Source of the DNA: Escherichia coli | GTDB taxonomy: Bacteria > Pseudomonadota > Gammaproteobacteria > Enterobacterales > Enterobacteriaceae | Assembly: GCF_017348835.2 (NCBI RefSeq) | Contig: NZ_CP071375.1 | DNA: 64,000 bases | Strand: one strand, 5' to 3' | Notes under the pieces: model-generated | What the model was told of the DNA's origin: nothing | Database searches by the model: none | The model's input: the letters and a program-made list of their open reading frames with translations, nothing else | Translations under genes and position numbers: made by a program | Part shown: positions 11,047-30,661 of the stretch, one piece after another | How positions within the stretch are numbered: position 1 is the stretch's first letter | Layout: every line of letters begins with the position of its first letter

Positions 11047-11848
11047 ACCACGTCCCACCGTGCTGGTGTTTGACTCCGGCGTCGGTGGGTTGTCGGTCTA
11101 TGACGAGATCCGGCATCTCTTACCGGATCTCCACTACATTTATGCTTTCGATAACGTCGCTTTCCCGTATGGCGAAAAAAGCGAAGAGTTTATTGTTGAG
11201 CGAGTGGTGGCAATTGTCACCGCAGTGCAAGAACGTTATCCCCTTGCGCTGGCGGTGGTCGCTTGCAACACCGCCAGTACCGTTTCACTTCCTGCATTAC
11301 GCGAAAAGTTCGACTTCCCGGTTGTTGGTGTCGTGCCGGCGATTAAACCTGCTGCACGTCTGACGGCAAATGGCATTGTCGGATTACTGGCAACCCGCGG
11401 AACAGTTAAACGTTCTTATACTCATGAGCTGATCGCGCGATTCGCTAATGAATGCCAGATAGAAATGCTGGGCTCGGCAGAGATGGTTGAGTTGGCTGAA
11501 GCGAAGCTGCATGGCGAAGATGTTTCTCTGGATGCGCTAAAACGTATCTTGCGTCCGTGGTTAAGAATGAAAGAGCCGCCAGATACCGTTGTATTGGGTT
11601 GCACCCATTTCCCTCTACTACAAGAAGAACTGTTACAAGTGCTGCCAGAGGGAACACGGCTGGTGGATTCTGGCGCAGCGATTGCTCGCCGAACGGCCTG
11701 GTTGTTAGAACATGAAGCCCCGGATGCAAAATCTGCCGATGCGAATATTGCCTTTTGTATGGCAATGACGCCAGAAGCTGAACAATTATTGCCCGTTTTA
11801 CAGCGTTACGGCTTCGAAACGCTCGAAAAACTGGCAGTTTTAGGCTGA
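10991..11848 (+). CDS. murI: glutamate racemase (285 aa)
   Basis: Starts MATKLQDGNT inside the last 56 nt of btuB in another frame. Confidence 0.9.
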   Translation: MATKLQDGNTPCLAATPSEPRPTVLVFDSGVGGLSVYDEIRHLLPDLHYIYAFDNVAFPYGEKSEEFIVERVVAIVTAVQERYPLALAVVACNTASTVSLPALREKFDFPVVGVVPAIKPAARLTANGIVGLLATRGTVKRSYTHELIARFANECQIEMLGSAEMVELAEAKLHGEDVSLDALKRILRPWLRMKEPPDTVVLGCTHFPLLQEELLQVLPEGTRLVDSGAAIARRTAWLLEHEAPDAKSADANIAFCMAMTPEAEQLLPVLQRYGFETLEKLAVLG

Positions 11849-11869
11849 TTTGGTTGAATGTTGCGCGGT

Positions 11870-12095
11870 CAGAAAATTATTTTAAATTTCCTCTTGTCAG
11901 GCCGGAATAACTCCCTATAATGCGCCACCACTGACACGGAACAACGGCAAACACGCCGCCGGGTCAGCGGGGTTCTCCTGAGAATTCCGGCAGAGAAAGC
12001 AAAAATAAATGCTTGACTCTGTAGCGGGAAAGCGTATTATGCACACCCCGAGCCGCTGAGAAAAAGCGAAGCGGCACTGCTCTTTAACAATTTAT
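11870..12095 (+). promoter_or_regulatory. rrnB-type tandem promoters P1 and P2 with UP element and boxA antiterminator
   Basis: P1 TTGTCA (11894-11899) / TATAAT (11916-11921) with A/T-rich upstream; P2 TTGACT (12013-12018) / TATTAT (12035-12040); boxA TGCTCTTTAACAA at 12078-12090. Confidence 0.85.
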
Positions 12096-12221
12096 CAGAC
12101 AATCTGTGTGGGCACTCGAAGATACGGATTCTTAACGTCGCAAGACGAAAAATGAATACCAAGTCTCAAGAGTGAACACGTAATTCATTACGAAGTTTAA
12201 TTCTTTGAGCATCAAACTTTT

Positions 12222-13763
<1,542 letters not shown>

Positions 13764-13848
13764 CCTTAAAGAAGCGTTCTTTGTAGTGCTCACACAGATT
13801 GTCTGATAGAAAGTGAAAAGCAAGGCGTCTTGCGAAGCAGACTGATAC

Positions 13849-13924
13849 GTCCCCTTCGTCTAGAGGCCCAGGACACCGCCCTTTCACGGCGGTAACAGGG
13901 GTTCGAATCCCCTAGGGGACGCCA
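13849..13924 (+). tRNA. gltT: tRNA-Glu in the 16S-23S spacer
   Basis: GTCCCCTTCGTCTAGAGG...GGGGACGCCA, 76 nt. Confidence 0.95.
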
Positions 13925-14117
13925 CTTGCTGGTTTGTGAGTGAAAGTCACCTGCCTTAATATCTCAAAACTCATCTTCGGGTGATGTTTGAGATATTTGC
14001 TCTTTAAAAATCTGGATCAAGCTGAAAATTGAAACACTGAACAACGAGAGTTGTTCGTGAGTCTCTCAAATTTTCGCAACACGATGATGGATCGCAAGAA
14101 ACATCTTCGGGTTGTGA

Positions 14118-17020
<2,903 letters not shown>

Positions 17021-17114
17021 ACAACGCCGAAGGTGTTTTGGCGGATTGAGAGAAGATTTTCAGCCTGATACAGATTAGATTAACCGGCGGTAAGCGGGTT
17101 AATACAACAGAATT

Positions 17115-17234
17115 TGCCTGGCGGCCGTAGCGCGGTGGTCCCACCTGACCCCATGCCGAACTCAGAAGTGAAACGCCGTAGCGCCGATGGTAGTGTGGGG
17201 TCTCCCCATGCGAGAGTAGGGAACTGCCAGGCAT
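17115..17234 (+). rRNA. rrfB: 5S ribosomal RNA
   Basis: TGCCTGGCGGCCGTAGCGCGGTGG...GGAACTGCCAGGCAT, 120 nt. Confidence 0.96.
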
Positions 17235-17244
17235 CAAATAAAGC

Positions 17245-17278
17245 AGAAGGCCCGGTCGGAAGACTGGGCCTTTTTGCG
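17245..17278 (+). terminator. rho-independent terminator after 5S
   Basis: Hairpin GGCCCGGTC-GGAA-GACTGGGCC followed by TTTTTGCGTTTC. Confidence 0.75.
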
Positions 17279-17368
17279 TTTCTACAAACTCTCCCTGTCG
17301 TCATAACTACAAGCCATCCCCCCACAGATACGGTAAACTAGCCTCGTTTTTGCATCAGGAAAGCAGCT

Positions 17369-18397
17369 ATGAACCACTCCTTAAAATCCTGGAACACATT
17401 TGGCATTGATCATAATGCTCAGCACATTGTATGTGCCGAAGACGAACAACAACTACTCAATGCCTGGCAGCATGCAACCGCAGAAGGGCAACCCGTTCTT
17501 ATTCTGGGAGAAGGAAGTAATGTACTTTTTCTGGAAGACTATCGCGGCACGGTGATCATCAACCGGATCAAAGGTATCGAAATTCATGATGAACCTGATG
17601 CGTGGTATTTACATGTAGGAGCCGGAGAAAACTGGCATCGCCTGGTAAAATACACTTTGCAGGAAGGTATGCCTGGTCTGGAAAATCTGGCATTAATTCC
17701 TGGTTGTGTCGGCTCATCACCTATCCAGAATATTGGTGCTTATGGCGTAGAATTACAGCGAGTTTGCGCTTATGTTGATTGTGTTGAACTGGCGACAGGC
17801 AAGCAAGTGCGCTTAACTGCCAAAGAGTGCCGTTTTGGCTATCGCGACAGTATTTTTAAACATGAATACCAGGACCGCTTCGCCATTGTAGCCGTAGGTC
17901 TGCGTCTGCCAAAAGAGTGGCAACCTGTACTAACGTATGGTGACTTAACTCGTCTGGATCCTACAACAGTAACGCCACAGCAAGTATTTGATGCGGTGTG
18001 TCATATGCGCACCACCAAACTCCCTGATCCAAAAGTGAATGGCAATGCCGGTAGTTTCTTCAAAAACCCTGTTGTATCTGCCGAAACGGCTAAAGCATTA
18101 CTGTCACAATTTCCAACAGCACCAAATTACCCCCAGGCGGATGGTTCAGTAAAACTGGCAGCAGGTTGGCTTATCGATCAGTGCCAGCTAAAAGGGATGC
18201 AAATGGGTGGGGCTGCGGTGCACCGTCAACAGGCGTTAGTTCTCATTAATGAAGACAATGCAAAAAGCGAAGATGTGGTGCAACTGGCACACCATGTAAG
18301 ACAAAAAGTGGGTGAAAAATTTAATGTCTGGCTTGAGCCTGAAGTCCGCTTTATTGGTGCATCAGGTGAAGTGAGCGCAGTGGAGACAATTTCATGA
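17369..18397 (+). CDS. murB: UDP-N-acetylenolpyruvoylglucosamine reductase (342 aa)
   Basis: Full-length ORF; conserved rrnB-murB-birA arrangement. Confidence 0.93.
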   Translation: MNHSLKSWNTFGIDHNAQHIVCAEDEQQLLNAWQHATAEGQPVLILGEGSNVLFLEDYRGTVIINRIKGIEIHDEPDAWYLHVGAGENWHRLVKYTLQEGMPGLENLALIPGCVGSSPIQNIGAYGVELQRVCAYVDCVELATGKQVRLTAKECRFGYRDSIFKHEYQDRFAIVAVGLRLPKEWQPVLTYGDLTRLDPTTVTPQQVFDAVCHMRTTKLPDPKVNGNAGSFFKNPVVSAETAKALLSQFPTAPNYPQADGSVKLAAGWLIDQCQLKGMQMGGAAVHRQQALVLINEDNAKSEDVVQLAHHVRQKVGEKFNVWLEPEVRFIGASGEVSAVETIS

Positions 18398-19359
18398 AGG
18401 ATAACACCGTGCCACTGAAATTAATCGCGCTGTTAGCGAATGGCGAATTTCACTCAGGTGAGCAGTTGGGTGAAACGTTAGGAATGAGCCGGGCGGCTAT
18501 TAATAAACACATTCAGACACTGCGTGACTGGGGCGTTGATGTCTTTACCGTTCCGGGTAAAGGATACAGCCTGCCTGAGCCTATCCAGTTACTTAATGCT
18601 GAACAGATATTGGGTCAGCTGGATGGCGGTAGTGTAACTGTGCTGCCAGTGATTGACTCCACGAATCAGTACCTTCTTGATCGTATCGGAGAGCTTAAAT
18701 CGGGCGATGCCTGCGTTGCAGAATACCAGCAGGCTGGCCGTGGTCGCCGGGGTCGGAAATGGTTTTCGCCTTTTGGCGCAAACTTATATTTGTCGATGTT
18801 CTGGCGTCTGGAACAAGGCCCGGCGGCGGCGATTGGTTTAAGTCTGGTTATCGGTATCGTGATGGCGGAAGTATTACGCAAGCTGGGTGCAGATAAAGTT
18901 CGTGTTAAATGGCCTAATGACCTCTATCTGCAGGATCGCAAGCTGGCAGGCATTCTTGTGGAGCTGACTGGCAAAACCGGCGATGCGGCGCAAATAGTCA
19001 TTGGAGCCGGGATCAACATGGCAATGCGTCGTGTTGAAGAGAGTGTCATTAATCAGGGGTGGATCACGCTGCAGGAAGCGGGGATCAATCTCGATCGTAA
19101 TACGTTGGCGGCCATGCTAATACGTGAATTACGCGCGGCGCTGGAACTCTTCGAACAAGAAGGATTGGCACCTTATCTTTCGCGCTGGGAAAAGCTGGAT
19201 AATTTTATTAATCGCCCAGTGAAACTTATCATTGGTGATAAAGAAATATTTGGCATTTCACGCGGAATAGACAAACAGGGTGCTTTATTGCTTGAGCAGG
19301 ATGGAATAATAAAACCATGGATGGGCGGTGAAATATCCCTGCGTAGTGCAGAAAAATAA
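18394..19359 (+). CDS. birA: biotin-protein ligase / bio operon repressor (321 aa)
   Basis: N-terminal HTH and ligase motif GRGRRGRKW; start overlaps the murB stop (ATGA). Confidence 0.93.
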   Translation: MKDNTVPLKLIALLANGEFHSGEQLGETLGMSRAAINKHIQTLRDWGVDVFTVPGKGYSLPEPIQLLNAEQILGQLDGGSVTVLPVIDSTNQYLLDRIGELKSGDACVAEYQQAGRGRRGRKWFSPFGANLYLSMFWRLEQGPAAAIGLSLVIGIVMAEVLRKLGADKVRVKWPNDLYLQDRKLAGILVELTGKTGDAAQIVIGAGINMAMRRVEESVINQGWITLQEAGINLDRNTLAAMLIRELRAALELFEQEGLAPYLSRWEKLDNFINRPVKLIIGDKEIFGISRGIDKQGALLLEQDGIIKPWMGGEISLRSAEK

Positions 19360-19387
19360 GAAAGGGGAGCATTAGCTCCCCTGCAAA

Positions 19388-20338
19388 TTATTTGCGTAGT
19401 CTGACCTCTTCTACCGCATGATTAGCACTTTTCGTCAGGATTAAACTGGCGCGCTCACGAGTAGGTAGAATATTTTGCTTTAAGTTCAGCCAGTTGATCT
19501 CTTTCCACAACGTCATGGCAGTCTTAATAGCTTCTTCTTTAGTTAATTTCGCGTAGTTATGAAAATAGGAATCCGGGTCTGTAAAAGCCCCTTCGCGGAA
19601 TTTCAGAAAACGGTTGATATACCATGTCTGAAGTAAGTCTTCCGGAGCATCAACATATATCGAAAAATCGACAAAATCAGAAACAAATACATGATGTGGA
19701 TCGTGTGGATAATCCATCCCGCTCTGTAAGACATTTAACCCTTCAAGAATTAAAATATCAGGTTGAACAACAGTTTTATCTCCATCCGGGATCACATCAT
19801 AAATAAGATGCGAGTAAACAGGGGCTGTAACGTTTGGCACGCCGGATTTGAGATCGGAAACAAACTTCACCAGGCGATGCATATCATACGATTCCGGGAA
19901 GCCTTTCTTCTTCATCAGACCACGTTCTTTCAGAACCTGATTAGGGTGAAGGAAGCCATCTGTAGTGATCAGTTCAACACGACGATGTTCCGGCCAACGG
20001 CTTAATAGCGCCTGCAATACACGGGCGGTTGTACTTTTCCCCACCGCGACACTGCCAGCAATACTGATAATGTAAGGAATGCGTTGCCCGTTGGTACCAA
20101 GAAACTGTTCCAGAACTGCCTGACGGCGCAGATTCGAGCTTATATAGAAGTTCAGCAAACGTGACAAAGGTAAATAGATCTCGGCAACTTCTTCTAACGA
20201 GAGATCTTCATTAATACCTTTGAGACGGGCGATCTCATCTTCCGATAACGTCATAGGTACGGAATCACGCAGAGCTGCCCACTGGTTGCGGTCAAACTGT
20301 AGGTAAGGCGTCATTAACGTTTGCTCTTTTATACTCAT
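19388..20338 (-). CDS. coaA: pantothenate kinase (316 aa)
   Basis: Starts [15 protein letters not shown]; P-loop GSVAVGKST; ORF-track start 20494 is a TTG-initiated extension. Confidence 0.92.
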
Positions 20339-20656
20339 AAGCATGTTTCTGGCGGTCATAGCTCTATCGGCAAAGCGATATTTGCCATGGCGCGTCACAG
20401 TTCTGTTGAATGGGTTAATGGGCAGGAGGGTAACACCAGATGGGGAGGAATAATAAGAAAAAATCTCTCCCAGGAAGCTATCGTTGAAAAGCAATGTGAC
20501 AGATATTCCATCTGATAAAAAGAATTATGGTTTAGCAGGAGCGCATTGTTGAGCACAATGATGTTGAAAAAGTGTGCTAATCTGCCCTCCATTCGGCTGT
20601 TTCTTCATCGTGTCGCATAAAATGTGACCAATAAAACAAATTATGCAATTTTTTAG

Positions 20657-20685
20657 TTGCATGAACTCGCATGTCTCCATAGAAT
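20657..20685 (+). promoter_or_regulatory. promoter of the thrU-tyrU-glyT-thrT-tufB operon
   Basis: TTGCAT (20657-20662), 17-bp spacer, TAGAAT (20680-20685), about 15 nt before thrU. Confidence 0.6.
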
Positions 20686-20699
20686 GCGCGCTACTGGAT

Positions 20700-20775
<76 letters not shown>

Positions 20776-20783
20776 TCAAGTCC

Positions 20784-20868
<85 letters not shown>

Positions 20869-20984
20869 ATTTCGGCCACGCGATGGCGTAGCCCGAGACG
20901 ATAAGTTCGCTTACCGGCTCGAATAAAGAGAGCTTCTCTCGATATTCAGTGCAGAATGAAAATCAGGTAGCCGAGTTCCAGGAT

Positions 20985-21059
<75 letters not shown>

Positions 21060-21065
21060 AGATGT

Positions 21066-21141
21066 GCTGATATAGCTCAGTTGGTAGAGCGCACCCTTGG
21101 TAAGGGTGAGGTCGGCAGTTCGAATCTGCCTATCAGCACCA
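21066..21141 (+). tRNA. thrT: tRNA-Thr
   Basis: GCTGATATAGCTCAGTTGG...TCAGCACCA, 76 nt. Confidence 0.95.
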
Positions 21142-21219
21142 CTTCTTTTCTCCTCCCTGTTTTTTCCTTCTGTTTATTGCATTCAACAAGTCGGGCATGT
21201 TGCCTGGTTGATGTGGTGA

Positions 21220-22440
<1,221 letters not shown>

Positions 22441-22470
22441 TTGCCGATAACATTTGACGCAATGCGCACT

Positions 22471-22498
22471 AAAAGGGCATCATTTGATGCCCTTTTTG
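22471..22498 (+). terminator. rho-independent terminator after tufB
   Basis: Hairpin GGGCATCA-TTT-GATGCCC followed by TTTTT. Confidence 0.75.
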
Positions 22499-22669
22499 CA
22501 CGCTTTCGTACCAGAACCTGGCTCATCAGTGATTTTCTTTGTCATAATCATTGCTGAGACAGGCTCTGTTGAGGGCGTATAATCCGAAAAGCTAATACGC
22601 GTTTCGATTTGGTTTGCCTCGCGATCGCGGGGTGAAAATGTTTGTAGAAAACTTCTGACAGGTTGGTTT

Positions 22670-23053
22670 ATGAGTGCGAATACCGAAGCTCAAGGAAGCG
22701 GGCGCGGCCTGGAAGCGATGAAGTGGGTCGTTGTGGTGGCATTGCTCCTGGTGGCGATTGTCGGCAACTACCTTTATCGCGACATTATGCTGCCGCTGCG
22801 TGCGCTGGCCGTAGTAATTCTGATTGCTGCAGCGGGTGGTGTCGCGCTGTTAACGACAAAAGGTAAAGCTACCGTTGCTTTTGCCCGTGAAGCGCGAACC
22901 GAAGTCCGTAAGGTCATTTGGCCGACTCGCCAGGAAACATTGCACACCACGCTTATTGTGGCTGCGGTTACCGCAGTAATGTCACTGATCCTGTGGGGAC
23001 TGGATGGTATTCTGGTTCGCCTGGTATCCTTTATCACTGGCCTGAGGTTCTGA
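22670..23053 (+). CDS. secE: preprotein translocase subunit SecE (127 aa)
   Basis: Three-TM 127-aa ORF directly upstream of nusG. Confidence 0.93.
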
Positions 23054-23054
23054 G

Positions 23055-23600
23055 ATGTCTGAAGCTCCTAAAAAGCGCTGGTACGTCGTTCAGGCGTTTT
23101 CCGGTTTTGAAGGCCGCGTAGCAACGTCGCTGCGTGAGCATATCAAATTACACAACATGGAAGATTTGTTTGGTGAAGTCATGGTACCAACCGAAGAAGT
23201 GGTTGAAATCCGTGGCGGTCAGCGTCGCAAAAGCGAACGTAAATTCTTCCCTGGCTACGTCCTCGTTCAGATGGTGATGAACGACGCGAGCTGGCACCTG
23301 GTGCGCAGCGTACCGCGTGTGATGGGCTTCATCGGCGGTACTTCCGATCGTCCTGCGCCAATCAGCGATAAAGAAGTCGATGCGATTATGAACCGCCTGC
23401 AGCAGGTTGGTGATAAGCCGCGTCCGAAAACGCTGTTTGAACCGGGTGAAATGGTCCGTGTTAATGATGGTCCGTTCGCTGACTTCAACGGTGTTGTTGA
23501 AGAAGTGGATTACGAGAAATCTCGTCTGAAAGTGTCTGTTTCTATCTTCGGTCGTGCGACCCCGGTAGAGCTGGACTTCAGCCAGGTTGAAAAAGCCTAA
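23055..23600 (+). CDS. nusG: transcription termination/antitermination factor NusG (181 aa)
   Basis: [22 protein letters not shown]; KOW region. Confidence 0.95.
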
Positions 23601-23639
23601 CCCAGCGATCAAAAAAGCGGCGATTTAATCGTTGCACAA

Positions 23640-23678
23640 GGCGCGAGATTGGAATACAATTTCGCGCCTTTTGTTTTT
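23640..23678 (+). terminator. terminator after nusG
   Basis: Imperfect hairpin GGCGCGAGATT...AATTTCGCGCC followed by TTTTGTTTTT. Confidence 0.65.
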
Positions 23679-24895
<1,217 letters not shown>

Positions 24896-25307
24896 TGCCT
24901 TTACGTGGGCGGTGATTTTGTCTACAATCTTACCCCCACGTATAATGCTTAATGCAGACGTATATCCGAGATATTCGGGTTGTGGCAAGGCGGCAACTGA
25001 GTGAGTCGCCAGGAGCATAGCTAACTATGTGACTGGTGCGAACGAAGGAAGCCAACGCCGCCACAAGCTGAATAGCGACGGATAGAAAAGATTTGTTCGT
25101 TGGAGCCTGGCCTATCCAGGCCTCCGTCGAAGACCGCAGGAGTTTCGCAAGAAACTTAATCCCCTGCGTAGACGGTGACAGAACGCTAAGATTATTCTTT
25201 TATATTCTGGCTTGTTTCTGCTCACCGTAATTAAGACGCTCTCTCCGTTTGGAGGAGTGAAGTGAGTTCCAGAGATTTTCTCTGGCAAACATCCAGGAGC
25301 AAAGCTA
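24896..25307 (+). promoter_or_regulatory. rplJL leader (about 400 nt untranslated; expected L10-(L7/L12) autoregulatory target)
   Basis: Long untranslated spacer between rplA and rplJ with no plausible coding ORF. Confidence 0.55.
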
Positions 25308-25805
25308 ATGGCTTTAAATCTTCAAGACAAACAAGCGATTGTTGCTGAAGTCAGCGAAGTAGCCAAAGGCGCGCTGTCTGCAGTAGTTGCGGATTCCCGT
25401 GGCGTAACTGTAGATAAAATGACTGAACTGCGTAAAGCAGGTCGCGAAGCTGGCGTATACATGCGTGTTGTTCGTAACACTCTGCTGCGCCGTGCTGTTG
25501 AAGGTACTCCGTTCGAGTGCCTGAAAGACGCGTTTGTTGGTCCGACCCTGATTGCATACTCTATGGAACACCCGGGCGCTGCTGCTCGTCTGTTCAAAGA
25601 GTTCGCGAAAGCGAATGCAAAATTTGAGGTCAAAGCCGCTGCCTTTGAAGGTGAGCTGATCCCGGCGTCTCAGATCGACCGCCTGGCAACTCTGCCGACC
25701 TACGAAGAAGCAATTGCACGCCTGATGGCAACCATGAAAGAAGCTTCGGCTGGCAAACTGGTTCGTACTCTGGCTGCTGTACGCGATGCGAAAGAAGCTG
25801 CTTAA
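25308..25805 (+). CDS. rplJ: ribosomal protein L10 (165 aa)
   Basis: [36 protein letters not shown]. Confidence 0.97.
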
Positions 25806-25871
25806 TCGCAGTTATCTTTTTAACGCATTCGCTTACGTATAAACTTATTCTGATATTCAGGAACAATTTAA

Positions 25872-26237
<366 letters not shown>

Positions 26238-26276
26238 GCCAACCCTTCCGGTTGCAGCCTGAGAAATCAGGCTGAT

Positions 26277-26310
26277 GGCTGGTGACTTTTTAGTCACCAG
26301 CCTTTTTGCG
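26277..26310 (+). terminator. rplL-rpoB intergenic attenuator hairpin
   Basis: GGCTGGTGACT-TTTTA-GTCACCAGCC followed by TTTTTGCG, preceded by a second hairpin CAGCCTGA-GAAA-TCAGGCTG. Confidence 0.8.
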
Positions 26311-26556
26311 CTGTAAGGCGCCAGTAGCGTTTCACACTGTTTGACTACTGCTGTGCCTTTCAATGCTTGTTTCTATCGACGACTTAATATACTGCGACAG
26401 GACGTCCGTTCTGTGTAAATCGCAATGAAATGGTTTAAGCGTGATAGCAACAGGCATTGCGGAAAGTGTTCCATTTTCCGGTCAACAAAATAGTGTTGCA
26501 CAAACTGTCCGCTCAATGGACAGATGGGTCGACTTGTCAGCGAGCTGAGGAACCCT

Positions 26557-29500
26557 ATGGTTTACTCCTATACCGAGAAAAAACGTATTCGTAAGGATTT
26601 TGGTAAACGTCCACAAGTTCTGGATGTACCTTATCTCCTTTCTATCCAGCTTGACTCGTTTCAGAAATTTATCGAGCAAGATCCTGAAGGGCAGTATGGT
26701 CTGGAAGCTGCTTTCCGTTCCGTATTCCCGATTCAGAGCTACAGCGGTAATTCCGAGCTGCAATACGTCAGCTACCGCCTTGGCGAACCGGTGTTTGACG
26801 TCCAGGAATGTCAAATCCGTGGCGTGACCTATTCCGCACCGCTGCGCGTTAAACTGCGTCTGGTGATCTATGAGCGCGAAGCGCCGGAAGGCACCGTAAA
26901 AGACATTAAAGAACAAGAAGTCTACATGGGCGAAATTCCGCTCATGACAGACAACGGTACCTTTGTTATCAACGGTACTGAGCGTGTTATCGTTTCCCAG
27001 CTGCACCGTAGTCCGGGCGTCTTCTTTGACTCCGACAAAGGTAAAACCCACTCTTCGGGTAAAGTGCTGTATAACGCGCGCATCATCCCTTACCGTGGTT
27101 CCTGGCTGGACTTCGAATTCGATCCGAAGGACAACCTGTTCGTACGTATCGACCGTCGCCGTAAACTGCCTGCGACCATCATTCTGCGCGCCCTGAACTA
27201 CACCACAGAGCAGATCCTCGACCTGTTCTTTGAAAAAGTTATCTTTGAAATCCGTGATAACAAGCTGCAGATGGAACTGGTGCCGGAACGCCTGCGTGGT
27301 GAAACCGCATCTTTTGACATCGAAGCTAACGGTAAAGTGTACGTAGAAAAAGGCCGCCGTATCACTGCGCGCCACATTCGCCAGCTGGAAAAAGACGACG
27401 TCAAACTGATCGAAGTCCCGGTTGAGTACATCGCGGGTAAAGTGGTTGCTAAAGACTATATTGATGAGTCTACCGGCGAGCTGATCTGCGCAGCGAACAT
27501 GGAGCTGAGCCTGGATCTGCTGGCTAAGCTGAGCCAGTCTGGTCACAAGCGTATCGAAACGCTGTTCACCAACGACCTGGATCACGGCCCGTATATCTCT
27601 GAAACCTTACGTGTCGACCCAACTAACGACCGTCTGAGCGCACTGGTAGAAATCTACCGCATGATGCGCCCTGGCGAGCCGCCGACTCGTGAAGCAGCTG
27701 AAAGCCTGTTCGAGAACCTGTTCTTCTCTGAAGACCGTTATGACTTGTCTGCGGTTGGTCGTATGAAGTTCAACCGTTCTCTGCTGCGCGAAGAAATCGA
27801 AGGTTCCGGTATCCTGAGCAAAGACGACATCATTGATGTTATGAAAAAGCTCATCGATATCCGTAACGGTAAAGGCGAAGTCGATGATATCGACCACCTC
27901 GGCAACCGTCGTATCCGTTCCGTTGGCGAAATGGCGGAAAACCAGTTCCGCGTTGGCCTGGTACGTGTAGAGCGTGCGGTGAAAGAGCGTCTGTCTCTGG
28001 GCGATCTGGATACCCTGATGCCTCAGGATATGATCAACGCCAAGCCGATTTCCGCAGCAGTGAAAGAGTTCTTCGGTTCCAGCCAGCTGTCTCAGTTTAT
28101 GGACCAGAACAACCCGCTGTCTGAGATTACGCACAAACGTCGTATCTCCGCACTCGGCCCAGGCGGTCTGACCCGTGAACGTGCAGGCTTCGAAGTTCGA
28201 GACGTACACCCGACTCACTACGGTCGCGTATGTCCAATCGAAACCCCTGAAGGTCCGAACATCGGTCTGATCAACTCTCTGTCCGTGTACGCACAGACTA
28301 ACGAATACGGCTTCCTTGAGACTCCGTATCGTAAAGTGACTGACGGTGTTGTAACTGACGAAATTCACTACCTGTCTGCTATCGAAGAAGGCAACTACGT
28401 TATCGCCCAGGCGAACTCCAACCTGGATGAAGAAGGCCACTTCGTAGAAGACCTGGTAACTTGCCGTAGCAAAGGCGAATCCAGCTTGTTCAGCCGCGAC
28501 CAGGTTGACTACATGGACGTATCCACCCAGCAGGTGGTATCCGTCGGTGCGTCCCTGATCCCGTTCCTGGAACACGATGACGCCAACCGTGCATTGATGG
28601 GTGCGAACATGCAACGTCAGGCCGTTCCGACTCTGCGCGCTGATAAGCCGCTGGTTGGTACTGGTATGGAACGTGCTGTTGCCGTTGACTCCGGTGTAAC
28701 TGCGGTAGCTAAACGTGGTGGTGTCGTTCAGTACGTGGATGCTTCCCGTATCGTTATCAAAGTTAACGAAGACGAGATGTATCCGGGTGAAGCAGGTATC
28801 GACATCTACAACCTGACCAAATACACCCGTTCTAACCAGAACACCTGTATCAACCAGATGCCGTGTGTGTCTCTGGGTGAACCGGTTGAACGTGGCGACG
28901 TGCTGGCAGACGGTCCGTCCACCGACCTCGGTGAACTGGCGCTTGGTCAGAACATGCGCGTAGCGTTCATGCCGTGGAATGGTTACAACTTCGAAGACTC
29001 CATCCTCGTATCCGAGCGTGTTGTTCAGGAAGACCGTTTCACCACCATCCACATTCAGGAACTGGCGTGTGTGTCCCGTGACACCAAGCTGGGGCCGGAA
29101 GAGATCACCGCTGACATCCCGAACGTGGGTGAAGCTGCGCTCTCTAAACTGGATGAATCCGGTATCGTTTACATTGGTGCGGAAGTGACCGGTGGCGACA
29201 TTCTGGTTGGTAAGGTAACGCCGAAAGGTGAAACTCAGCTGACCCCAGAAGAAAAACTGCTGCGTGCGATCTTCGGTGAGAAAGCCTCTGACGTTAAAGA
29301 CTCTTCTCTGCGCGTACCAAACGGTGTATCCGGTACGGTTATCGACGTTCAGGTCTTTACTCGCGATGGCGTAGAAAAAGACAAACGTGCGCTGGAAATC
29401 GAAGAAATGCAGCTCAAACAGGCGAAGAAAGACCTGTCTGAAGAACTGCAGATCCTCGAGGCGGGTCTGTTCAGCCGTATCCGTGCTGTGCTGGTAGCCG

Positions 29501-30585
29501 GTGGCGTTGAAGCTGAGAAGCTCGACAAACTGCCGCGCGATCGCTGGCTGGAGCTGGGCCTGACCGACGAAGAGAAACAAAATCAGCTGGAACAGCTGGC
29601 TGAGCAGTATGACGAACTGAAACACGAGTTCGAGAAGAAACTCGAAGCGAAACGCCGCAAAATCACCCAGGGCGACGATCTGGCACCGGGCGTGCTGAAG
29701 ATTGTTAAGGTATATCTGGCGGTTAAACGCCGTATCCAGCCTGGTGACAAGATGGCAGGTCGTCACGGTAACAAGGGTGTAATTTCTAAGATCAACCCGA
29801 TCGAAGATATGCCTTACGATGAAAACGGTACGCCGGTAGACATCGTACTGAACCCGCTGGGCGTACCGTCTCGTATGAACATCGGTCAGATCCTCGAAAC
29901 CCACCTGGGTATGGCTGCGAAAGGTATCGGCGACAAGATCAACGCCATGCTGAAACAGCAGCAAGAAGTCGCGAAACTGCGCGAATTCATCCAGCGTGCG
30001 TACGATCTGGGCGCTGACGTTCGTCAGAAAGTTGACCTGAGTACCTTCAGCGATGAAGAAGTTATGCGTCTGGCTGAAAACCTGCGCAAAGGTATGCCAA
30101 TCGCAACGCCGGTGTTCGACGGTGCGAAAGAAGCAGAAATTAAAGAGCTGCTGAAACTTGGCGACCTGCCGACTTCTGGTCAGATCCGCCTGTACGACGG
30201 CCGCACTGGTGAACAGTTCGAACGTCCGGTAACCGTTGGTTACATGTACATGCTGAAACTGAACCACCTGGTCGACGACAAGATGCACGCGCGTTCCACC
30301 GGTTCTTACAGCCTCGTTACTCAGCAGCCGCTGGGTGGTAAGGCACAGTTCGGTGGTCAGCGTTTCGGGGAGATGGAAGTGTGGGCGCTGGAAGCATACG
30401 GCGCAGCATACACCCTGCAGGAAATGCTCACCGTTAAGTCTGATGACGTGAACGGTCGTACTAAGATGTATAAAAACATCGTGGACGGCAACCATCAGAT
30501 GGAGCCGGGCATGCCAGAATCCTTCAACGTATTGTTGAAAGAGATTCGTTCGCTGGGTATCAACATCGAACTGGAAGACGAGTAA
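26557..30585 (+). CDS. rpoB: RNA polymerase beta subunit (1342 aa)
   Basis: Starts [17 protein letters not shown]; ORF-track start 26524 is an upstream extension. Confidence 0.98.
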
Positions 30586-30661
30586 TTCTCGCTCAAACAG
30601 GTCACTGCTGTCGGGGTAAAACCCGGCAGCGGATTGTGCTAACTCCGACGGGAGCAAATCC

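Noticed and set aside
26482-27585. 367-aa ORF antisense to the rpoB 5' region
   Set aside because: Antisense artefact overlapping the rpoB start and the attenuator.
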